From Camelus dromedarius (Eukaryota), in contig NC_087436.1 in assembly GCF_036321535.1 (NCBI RefSeq), forward strand, positions 40,550,001 to 40,614,000: a stretch of 64,000 nucleotides of DNA, written 5' to 3'. The notes below the pieces were generated by a model. That model worked only from the letters and a program-made list of their open reading frames with translations. It was not told the DNA's origin and searched no databases. Numbering within the stretch: position 1 is the first letter of the stretch; each line of letters begins with the position of its first letter. Of this stretch, positions 27,429-35,735 are shown piece by piece. A program made the position numbers and the translations under genes.

Positions 27429-27853
27429 TGTCAGCCGAGGGAGGCTGATGTGGGGTTTTAGGAGGTGAGTGGCCCAAATGAAAAAATGCACGAGGAGTTG
27501 CCATACTGCTGGACAGACTTCAGCCAGAGACACCATGGGGTTAACAACACTTTATTGTCACAGGGAGGTGCGCCCTATGATGCACCTGTCCTGCTTCTAT
27601 CTGTTTTCTGTCAGCACACGCGCGGTCTGAGTTTCTTTGTTTATTAGGCTTACAGAATATCTCTAGCACATGCGTACTTCCATTTTCTTTGTTCTAAAGC
27701 TTATATAATTGACGCATGCGTGGAGCAATTATTTACTGCATCCTACAAACATGCTCCGATCGTGGCCTTGGGTCCCACGGCTATAACTCATCTCAATGCT
27801 CTGACTGTGGCCTTGGGTCCCACGGCCTTAACTCATCTCAACGCCAGCTCACA
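27429..27853 (-). repeat. 3' LTR (425 bp)
   Basis: Direct repeat of 33320-33745. Viral-sense termini TGTGAG...CTGACA. Confidence 0.97.
27551..27556 (-). terminator. Polyadenylation signal AATAAA in the 3' LTR
   Basis: Plus-strand tttatt; the 5' LTR copy is at 33442-33447. Confidence 0.75.
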
Positions 27854-29023
27854 TTCCACCCCCTAGGTCGTGAACACTAGCCCACAGGGCGGAGCATTGT
27901 GTCCAAAGATCACAACAACAATACAGAGTACAGTATCCTACCAATATACAGACAGCAACAATAGCCAGGACAGTTAGGCTCCATCTCCAGGAGGACGTCA
28001 AGGATGACCACCAATTTTTAAGGGGGTCTTGAGTTACATGATCTATGTGATCCAATTTTTGATCTATTTTATGCAGTGTCTTAGCTATTTTTTTTTTTTG
28101 GTGATCTGGTATATAGATACAACATTTAATATGTAACATAGCACATGTGCCACCCTGGCTTGTAGTGAGAATATTTAATGTCATTTTATTTTGTAAGACT
28201 ACCTTTTGCATCTGGGTAGTCTCGTTTAACAATTTTTTTATAGTTCTTCTAGTAACATTTAGTACAGCTGATATGTGTTGAGCTAAAGTTTTTACCTGTA
28301 ATTTAACACTGATGGTCCCAGCACCAGGCAGGAACAGGGCCATGGGATAAAACCATCAAGCTGCACACTTTTTCCGGTGCCACCGGGTGTGCAGTGGGTC
28401 CCAATTTGTGGGGCGCTCTGTCAAAGTGGGCCGGATATGTCCAGGCAAGTAAGCTCTACCCCAAGTACAGCACCCTGTCCATTTAGGTGGGAGATAAGAC
28501 CATTCGTGGATGTCACATATCCACAGATACCCTGGTGGCAGGAAATCAGTGGGTTTTGTGCCAATTAGAGGTCGTCCATCCCACCAGGTGGAGGCATTTA
28601 CATTATAAGTAATTTTGGCACACAGCTCTTTTGGGAGCCACCCCACTGTGCGGTTTGGAGCCTCGTGTTCAAACTGCTGTTCAATACAGAGGGGGCTTAA
28701 ATTTTTTACTTTTACATGAACACTATTTATTTATCTCCACCCATTTTATACAGTCCTTTTAATTGGGGGGGGGGGGGGCATTGCCCCGCTCATGTAGGAG
28801 TATTTTTTTAATAGTCTGCTGCCGCAAGTTCCAGGGCGATCTCGCTGTCCTGTTGGCATTTTATTGAATCAAGGTGCTCCAATTAGTTTTGGACGCGGGG
28901 TGGAGGTGCCACGGCAGTCCATCTCTTGTGTCTACAGGAAGTTTAGTACAGACCCAACAGTGAGAGACGTTGTGGACTCGCGTGAAAGTGTGTGCCCAGG
29001 AGAACATGGTGTTTGTTTTTACC
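27849..29023 (-). pseudogene. env: env (gamma-type SU/TM), disrupted
   Basis: SU motif CWVC, decayed furin site RKKC, fusion peptide (W)WFYPMALFLPGAG, ISD-like LQNKMTLNILTTSQGG, CX6CC CAMLHIKCC, and membrane anchor WSLTVLAIVAVCILVG. Stops at 28863, 28748, 28733 and 28358; frameshift near the 14-G run at 28765-28778. Confidence 0.92.
27854..27864 (-). other. Polypurine tract AGGGGGTGGAA
   Basis: Purine-rich run directly abutting the 3' LTR start (TGTGAG) in viral sense. Confidence 0.85.
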
Positions 29024-29050
29024 CTGGATGGAAGGACAGAGCAGAGGTGG
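29024..29050 (-). promoter_or_regulatory. Candidate env splice acceptor
   Basis: Viral-sense CCACCTCTGCTCTGTCCTTCCATCCAG|G is a pyrimidine tract plus CAG, 2 nt before the pol stop. The exon starts at 29023. Confidence 0.7.
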
Positions 29051-29953
29051 ACACCATGATTGGCAAATCTCTCCCTTCTGGGAGGATGCAAGCCACTTTT
29101 TTATTTTGTGAGAGTACAGTGGCAGGAAGGGCTGTTTGCCCTGGGCGGTGGTACCACACCAACCCGCCCACATTAGGTTGGTTACACTCTGGGAGAGCTT
29201 TAGGAGCTATCAGTGGAATTGTCCAAAGCCGTAGGGCTTCTGTTTTTTTAAGTAGGGACACTCCTGTTTTTTCTAGAGTAACCTGTACATCAAAAGGCCA
29301 TTTCCCCACTCGTGGGGTTACCTGCAGGGCTTTTTCTAGCCCATCGCCCCATGGTTTTAAAAGGGCTAGCCAGGGGCCTTTAGTCTGGACCTGATTTTTT
29401 CATGTCCAGGTGTCCTGTTTTTCTGAGTTTAACACCCTGGGGGCGCGTAATATTAACGCATGTCCCACTATTGAGACATCGGAGGCATCCTGCACAGGCC
29501 CAACTCTGAGCCTCCGAATAGTTCCTTGCAATAACTTTTTCAGTGGGCTCATACCGGTACGGCGAGGTTGTTTATTTAAAAGACGTACCGCCTGCGGCAA
29601 GACACTGTTCCAGCCTCGCCCTTGTGGTTTGAGAGCCCTCAGTTTGTCTTTTAATAGGCCATTGTACCGTTTAATCATTCCTGTTGCTTGAGGACGGTAA
29701 GGCACATGCAATATTCAGTTCATATTATTTTTCTTGGCCCATTTTTGGGTCTGCTGGGCAGTGAAAGAGGTTTCTCTGTCACTTTGTATTTTTAAGGGAG
29801 TCCCATAGAAGGCCCGTAAAACTTTCAGTGTTTTAATAGTAGAGTCTTGTGTAGCTCGGGGCACATGGTGAGCAAAACCTAGGCCAGTAGCAGTGTCTAC
29901 CGCTGTCAGCAGGTACCGCAAGCCAGTACTCGGAGCAAAGGGGCCTACGTAAT

Positions 29954-31990
29954 CTATTTGTCATACCTGCAGTGGCTGAATTTCCCGTGCAATCTTCCCC
30001 ATCTGTTGGGGCCATCGCTGTCGGTGCGGGTGGTGCTTAGCACACCATGGACGTGCCGCATGGCATCTTTGGCTTTACTGTGGCTCAGGTGCAGGCCCCA
30101 CCGATCGGCTACCTGCCTCATTGTGTATGAGCCAATATGACCAAGTTTTTTATGGAGCCAGGGACCTATATCGGGTCCTGGGACCATAGCCTGTACAGGA
30201 CGGAGTTGGGCTAGCGCGTCAGCAGCATCATTGTCCGGTGCCAGGGCTGGGCGGTGCCCTGGTACGTGGTAAACAGTATACTGGCCTTTTTGTCCTTTGT
30301 CCCATAACTGTTTCCACATCTGTTGTCCCCACAGGGGCCGGTGTCCAATCATCCAGTTTTGCAGGGCCCATTGGGGTATCCACAATGTAAGGCCTCGATA
30401 TATGGCCCAACTATCTGTACAAATCTGCAAGGGGCTAGGTTTATTTATCAACACCAGCCATACTGCCCATAACTCAGCCCATTGGCTGGATTGGCCTTCT
30501 CCGGTCTCATACCAGAAGGCTTTAGTGGCAGGGTGCAGTGCTACTGCAACCCAAGTGGGCGGACTGCCCTTACAAGATCCATCAGTATACCAAGCAGTTT
30601 CCGGGGGTGGCCCTTTCCCTTCACGAAAGGGACTGGGCACAGGGTCCACCCCTTGTTGTGGGAGCGTCTGTACATCAGGCGCAACAAATCTCATAGGCCC
30701 TAACACCTGCTGCAACTTTGCAGCCAAGGGGCTAGTGGTGTACTGGGCTCTCTGTTTCAAATAAGCACCCCACTTCATCAGAGTTGGGGTTTGGGCAGTT
30801 TCTGATCGGGATTGCTTTGCCCATGTCTGTACCCATCCTGCAATAGGGTATGTGGCTTGCACTTGGACCTCTTGCCTCCCCGTCAGGGGTTTAGTGGCAA
30901 TCAAGGATGTATAAGTTGCTAGCAACTGTTTCTCAATCAGAGAATAACGACATTTAGCCCCTTTCCACAACTGAGACCAGAATCCTAGGGGCACTTTCCG
31001 CTGCCCATGTTTCTGCCATAAGCCCCAGCCATATCCATCATTGTCCACATGGACTGTCAACCAGAAAGGGATGTCTGGATCTATAGTGCGCAGTGCTTGT
31101 GCTTGGGCCACTGTCCTCTTAGTTTTAACAAATGCACATTTGGTCTCATCAGACCAGTTCCAGACTTCTCCCTTTTTAATCAGTTTATAAAGGGGTTTGG
31201 CTATTTGGGCCAAATGAGGAATAAACACCCGCCAGTATCCCAGAAGACCCAAATAAGTCTGTAACTGTTTAACTGTTTTAAGACGGGAATATGCCTGGAT
31301 TTTGTCTATTACTGCTTTAGGCAGCACTTTTGTCTTACCCGACCAGACAACACCCAAGAATTTGATAGAATATCCAGGTCCTTGTACTTTGTTCTCGTTC
31401 ACGGCCCACCCCAAGCCCGCCAGGGCTTCTCGCAGCGCTGTGGCACTGGTTTTTAAATCTGAAAGAGAACCAGAGGTTAGCATTATGTCATCAATATAAT
31501 GGAACAAACAACCGGTATCTGGTTTGCTCCACGTAGCCAGGTCCTGGGCCACCAGGCCATGACACAGTGTGGGGCTGTGCAGATATCCTTGCGGCAACAC
31601 AACAAATGTCCATTGTCTGCCTTCCCAGGTGAAGGCAAACTGTTTTTGGCTCTCAGGGGCTATGTCTATCGAGAAGAATGCAATAGCCAGGTCAACCACA
31701 TAGTGACAAGTACCCAGTTCATGGGACAGTCGGTCCATTAAATCTGTTATATTTGGCACAGCTGTATGCATGGGGGGAGTGACTTTATTTAGTTCCCGAT
31801 AGTCCACTGTCATCCTCCAGGAGCCGTCTGGCTTCTGCACCGGCCATATTGGAGAGTTAAATGGGCTATGCGTAGCCCGAATTATACCGGCTTCCTCAAG
31901 CTTTAGAATAGTCTGTCCTATTTCCTCATGGCCTCCGGGCAATCGATATTGCTGGACATTTACCACTCGTGTGGCCTGTGGCAAAATCAA
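29954..31990 (-). CDS. Longest surviving pol reading frame: RT, tether, RNase H and start of integrase (678 codons, no ATG start)
   Basis: From the ORF track. Catalytic YIDD and RNase H acidic motifs are retained; the frame leaves the integrase register near 30055. Confidence 0.7.
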   Translation of the reverse strand: MILPQATRVVNVQQYRLPGGHEEIGQTILKLEEAGIIRATHSPFNSPIWPVQKPDGSWRMTVDYRELNKVTPPMHTAVPNITDLMDRLSHELGTCHYVVDLAIAFFSIDIAPESQKQFAFTWEGRQWTFVVLPQGYLHSPTLCHGLVAQDLATWSKPDTGCLFHYIDDIMLTSGSLSDLKTSATALREALAGLGWAVNENKVQGPGYSIKFLGVVWSGKTKVLPKAVIDKIQAYSRLKTVKQLQTYLGLLGYWRVFIPHLAQIAKPLYKLIKKGEVWNWSDETKCAFVKTKRTVAQAQALRTIDPDIPFWLTVHVDNDGYGWGLWQKHGQRKVPLGFWSQLWKGAKCRYSLIEKQLLATYTSLIATKPLTGRQEVQVQATYPIAGWVQTWAKQSRSETAQTPTLMKWGAYLKQRAQYTTSPLAAKLQQVLGPMRFVAPDVQTLPQQGVDPVPSPFREGKGPPPETAWYTDGSCKGSPPTWVAVALHPATKAFWYETGEGQSSQWAELWAVWLVLINKPSPLQICTDSWAIYRGLTLWIPQWALQNWMIGHRPLWGQQMWKQLWDKGQKGQYTVYHVPGHRPALAPDNDAADALAQLRPVQAMVPGPDIGPWLHKKLGHIGSYTMRQVADRWGLHLSHSKAKDAMRHVHGVLSTTRTDSDGPNRWGRLHGKFSHCRYDK

Positions 31991-32392
31991 AGGTGCATGA
32001 TGAGGATGCCCCCGTATAACTGTTTTTACCCACGGACTCTCAGGCGAAATTCCCCTTGAGTCGTCTGTATTTGCAATCCTTGCAAAATCTCTATCCCCAA
32101 AATGTATTTAGCTACTGGGGATATAGGCACTTTATATGCAGCAGGGGGCAGACGGCCAATGCCCAAAATCAGAGTCACTCATTTAACACACATTTGCTTG
32201 TTTTCATATCCTTTTATATCAACCCATGGTCCCTGAAAATGCTCCGGATTTTCATGCACCAATGTAATTTCAGCTCCTGTGTCTACTAGTCAGCACTCGC
32301 TGTTTATTCATGGGGGACCAGTGAATAGTTAGCTCAACATGTGGCCTCCGGTCATCGGGGTGCCCCACGTCCCGAACACCTTGGCCTTCCTC

Positions 32393-33251
32393 CTAGTCTG
32401 GGAGGAAATCAGCAAAGGCCACCTCTCGGACCTGATGGGATGTTGGCAATGGAGTATATTGTTGCTCAGGCCGTAATTTTTTCCATTAGGCCATCAGCAC
32501 CTCCAATGGCTGGCCATCTAATTTTACACGGTCCAGGCCAGCTGCCAGTAAATCACACCATATCCGCCGGCGATCTAGCTTTTGGGGCCCTCCTAAAATT
32601 GGAGCATTCCCCTTTTTTTTCCTTGGTGTGGACTTCCCTTTCTGTGTCACTGCACAGGAGGAGGGGGTCTTGGACTCACCTTGAGTCTTGGCAGCATGTA
32701 CCCCCTTTTGGCGCACCTCTATGTCCCCCAGACGAGCCAGAGCCTCAGTTACTTTATGAATGGGGCGGTCTACATACAGTGCTAGTAGCGCCGCCATAGT
32801 CCCAAACGTTCCCGTTGGGCCATTAGCCAAAATCAAATCTTTTATTCGAGCTGTAAGGAGCTCATCATCTGGATGCTCCCAGGGGCAGTGGGACTGGAGT
32901 TACACAGGCATAGCTGCTCTCAGAGGCGGCAGAGCTAGGACCACGCAGACATCTTTCTGCTGTGCTGGGTCTCTGCTTAAGCTCCTCTTTTTTGCACTGC
33001 AACTCCTCCACTTGCATCTGTAAATCTCTCATGTCTTGGCTAGCATGCCATAAAACAGATAAGAACATCCAGGCCACCCTCCCGGCTGCCTCTCGGTGGG
33101 CTAATGGGACATTATTTTTTGACAGCTCCAATGCCCTCCGGACGTCATCTGGCCAGGGCGCAACTGTGTCCCAATCCTCAGGTTGAGCCCATGTCAGCAA
33201 ATAGGCTGCCACCGGGTACCATACAGAGGTAGGGGGCCACTTTGCTTCCAT
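32393..33251 (-). pseudogene. gag: gag (class III type), frameshifted and apparently internally deleted
   Basis: MEAKWPPTSVWYPVAA...WMFLSVL with a coiled coil, then EHPDDELLTARIKDLILANGP and IWCDLLAAGLDRVKLDGQP, resembling ERV-L-type Gag. No Gly2 and no Cys-His knuckle. Ends at TAG 32395-32393. The frame is open upstream to ATG 33395. Confidence 0.8.
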
Positions 33252-33290
33252 CAGAGCATCCCCGTCAGGGGCAGGGGGTTCAGAAGGGGC

Positions 33291-33299
33291 ACTCACCTC
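33291..33299 (-). promoter_or_regulatory. Major splice donor GAG|GTGAGT
   Basis: Consensus donor 3 nt after the PBS; the intron starts at 33296. Confidence 0.8.
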
Positions 33300-33427
33300 A
33301 TCCTGCCGACTACGCCAAGTGTCAGCCGAGGGAGGCTGATGTGGGGTTCTAGGAGGTGAGCGGCCCAAACGAAAAAATGCACGAGGAGTTGCCATACTGC
33401 TGGACAGACTTCAGCCAGAGACACCAT
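33297..33427 (-). CDS. Putative LTR/PBS-encoded Env leader exon, MVSLAEVCPAVWQLLVHFFVWAAHLLEPHISLPRLTLGVVGRM(R)
   Basis: ATG at 33427-33425, 43 open codons plus AG up to the donor. Splicing to 29023 restores the env frame (AG+G = Arg, then VKTNTMFSW...CWVC). Hydrophobic core at residues 10-26. Confidence 0.6.
33300..33317 (-). other. Primer-binding site for tRNA-Ser
   Basis: Viral-sense TGGCGTAGTCGGCAGGAT is the 18-nt complement of the mammalian tRNA-Ser 3' end ATCCTGCCGACTACGCCA, 2 nt after the 5' LTR. Confidence 0.95.
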
Positions 33428-33745
33428 GGGGTTAACAACACTTTATTGTCACAGGGAGGTGCGCCCTATGATGCACCTGTCCTGCTTTTAATCTGTTTTC
33501 TGTCAGCACATGCGCGGTCTGAGTTTCTTTGTTCATTAGGCTTACAGAATATCTCTAGCACATGCGTACTTCCATTTTCTTTGTTCTAAATCTTATATAA
33601 TTGACGCATGCGTGGAGCAATTATTTACTGCATCCTACAAACATGCTCCGATCGTGGCCTTGGGTCCCACGGCCTTAACTCATCTCAATGCTCCGATCGT
33701 GGCCTTGGTTCCCACGGCCTTAACTCATCTCAACACCAGCTCACA
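33320..33745 (-). repeat. 5' LTR (426 bp)
   Basis: Direct repeat of 27429-27853; by manual alignment about 14 substitutions and 1 indel. Followed by the PBS in viral sense. Confidence 0.97.
33643..33732. repeat. 2 x 45-bp tandem repeat in U3 (also at 27751-27840)
   Basis: atgctccgatcgtggccttgggtcccacggccttaactcatctca occurs twice, with 1 mismatch in the 5' LTR. Confidence 0.95.
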
Positions 33746-35364
33746 CTGACTTTCCAAATTTATGAAACACATATGAAGATCATTGTGCTGTGTTTAATTA
33801 AATTTATTTCTCATTGTGTAAAACTGTTGCATGTAAATGGGAATTATTTGAAGACCTTTAATATTTTGAATATATTGTGTTACATAATGACTTGTGTTTT
33901 ATTATTAATAAAGTATAAATAAATATGACCTACAGCTATTTCAGTTTTTGATCAAATCACTGGATGATCTTATCTCTTTTACATTATATACTGATTTCTC
34001 ACAAATGAAAGCAGAGATATTTGATTCTTAATCTTTATCTGCACAGCTTTGTCAGTTTTGGAGACTGGATCAAATTGGAGAGTAAATTACATTTTGCTAA
34101 AAATGCATTTTTTTCCTCTAGGAGTGAAATATCTCCCAAATATTAGTGATGTGAATCCCTTTGTTAAATAAGCTAAGAATACATTAAATGTTACCAGGTG
34201 AGTGTGCAGACTGAAAAAAAACAAAACCAATCATATGCTTTGTGATATTTTAGTCTCTCCCCTTTAGCATAACAGAAAATAATCAATAATGAATTATATT
34301 CAAGTTTTTGTTTAACTATTTTTGAAAGCCAGTACTGTATATGCAGCTGAATAAAACATTCAAATGCATTACATGCTGGGAGAAAAAAATATACGTAATT
34401 TTCTGTCCAATATTTACATTTCAAAGTACTTTATTGAAAACTTTAAATGTTTTTATTTATATTCTATTATTTACTGAAGTTTTAGAATATGGTATTTTGG
34501 CCATTAATGAGTTTCTTTGCAAATGTAGTTTTAGTCAAAGTAGATGATACCTTTGTACTTTTTAGATGAAGCCGTTTCCTAAGAGTTTCCTAAGGGTATG
34601 CCATGGGAAAAGCCTACCAAACACATTCAGGAGGAATTGAACACATGTGTAACTTACTTTATCACCTGTTCATCATTAGCTAGAAATATGTTTCCAAATT
34701 ACATAAAGACTGAAAAGACATGTTTTGAATTATTTGAGATTTGATCTGACTGTTAACTAATTCTATTACTTGAAATAATTCTGATTATTTGACCTAATTC
34801 TAAATCACGCATTTGATTGTATCTCAGAAAACCAATTCCACAGACAGGGAGCCTGCTCCAGTGATGGTTGGGACCTTCATGGTCCTGAGCCCCAGGTATC
34901 TAAATTTTCAGCAGTTGTTACTGCCATTCCAGGTGCCAGACATAGAGGCAATTAACATGATACAGTCATTAGTAGACATGGCTTCCATTTAAAGTGCTAA
35001 TTGAGGGAGATGGATTGACAGATGGATGGATGGATTACAAAGCTGAAGAACCGATCAATATATTGCATGTGTCATAATAAAGATCTACTTTAGTTTTACT
35101 TAAGCACAAAAGATTTTTGGAGTAGAGAATGTGGTGGGAAGGTAAGTATAATTCTTGCTGTGTTCTAGAAACTCTTTGTATGAAGGACAGAATTTGAATG
35201 CAAGATTGCAGCAATATGATGGGTCAGAAATCTATCACAGGGATTCAGACAAAGATGATGACTTCAGAAAAATCAAAGAGGGGTAGTAGGAGTAGAGAGG
35301 AAAGAAAATCTAAGAGAAATTTGGGTGGTGACATTGGAAGAGCATGTTGGTGATTGTGGGACTA

Positions 35365-35735
35365 ATGTTTGTAATATTTTGATACTTGACTGCAAACAGC
35401 TATTAAGCCTCACACCTGCGGCTTCTTGTGCCTCTCACCAGGGCAACAGGATTCCTAGCCCAGGTGTTCCCCCTTTAGCACCCGCAGGAGTGTCAAACCA
35501 CCCAATTGCCTGCTTTCTTTGGGAATCATCACCCAGGCCCACCCCCTTCCCTCCTTAAAAGCCCCACCCCCAGCCTGCTTTCTTTGCTCTCTCAAACCGC
35601 TTTTGACCCGCTTGTGACTGCTCCGCTCATCCTAGAGGCCTCGGTTATGTAAGTTAGAAATCTTTTCGTACCTTCTTGGTGCATGTATGTGTGTCATTAT
35701 CTGTCTCTACATTCAAACCAACTTTTTGGGTGGCA
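35365..35735 (+). mobile_element. Possible old solo LTR fragment
   Basis: Local GC rise with a TTAAAAG TATA-like motif followed by ctttgctctctc and a GT-rich tail, an LTR-like layout. Family not recognised. Confidence 0.35.

Larger units (their letters stand above)
29019..32392 (-). pseudogene. pol: pro-pol (protease, RT, tether, RNase H, integrase), disrupted
   Basis: Protease LVDTGA (D codon 32283-32281) and [42 protein letters not shown]. RNase H WYTDGS, QWAEL, CTDSW. Integrase H-x4-H zinc-finger start, QIDYVGP, LTAVDT, IQSD, GMI(K)RYNG. Frameshifts near 32290, 32030, 30055 and 29920. Confidence 0.95.
27429..33745 (-). mobile_element. Endogenous retrovirus provirus, class III ERV-S-like (tRNA-Ser PBS), LTR-gag-pro-pol-env-LTR, defective
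   Basis: Two TG...CA LTRs of about 425 bp, 5-bp TSD CTGAC (27424-27428 and 33746-33750), PBS-Ser, PPT, RT motifs LPQGYLHSP and YIDD, RNase H, integrase, and env with CWVC and CX6CC. Confidence 0.97.

Noticed and set aside
27849..28343. Syncytin-like captured env or TM-only gene
   Set aside because: SU has several stops and a frameshift, the furin site is mutated (RKKC) with a stop just after it, and the ISD is heavily edited.
28861..29091. Conventional env start at 29091
   Set aside because: The codon is TTG, and the sequence MHPPRRERFANHGVHLCS has no hydrophobic core and simply overlaps the end of integrase.
29954..31990. Domesticated RT-RNase H gene
   Set aside because: There is no ATG start, it is flanked by frameshifts, and it carries many apparent Glu-to-Lys edits. 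A young, GA-context-edited provirus can keep a long frame without selection.
28864..33186. Plus-strand (antisense) ORFs within the provirus, e.g. 28864..29394, 30297..30764 and 32341..32799
   Set aside because: They have no recognisable motifs, several start at non-ATG codons, and they are best explained as shadows of the viral coding strand.
33643..33732. CRISPR-like repeat array
   Set aside because: It is only two adjacent copies with no spacer, inside a eukaryotic LTR.
34566..34595. Candidate exon ATGAAGCCGTTTCCTAAGAGTTTCCTAAGG between an AG and GTATGC
   Set aside because: Splice-like flanks alone are too common, and the peptide MKPFPKSFLR is not recognisable.
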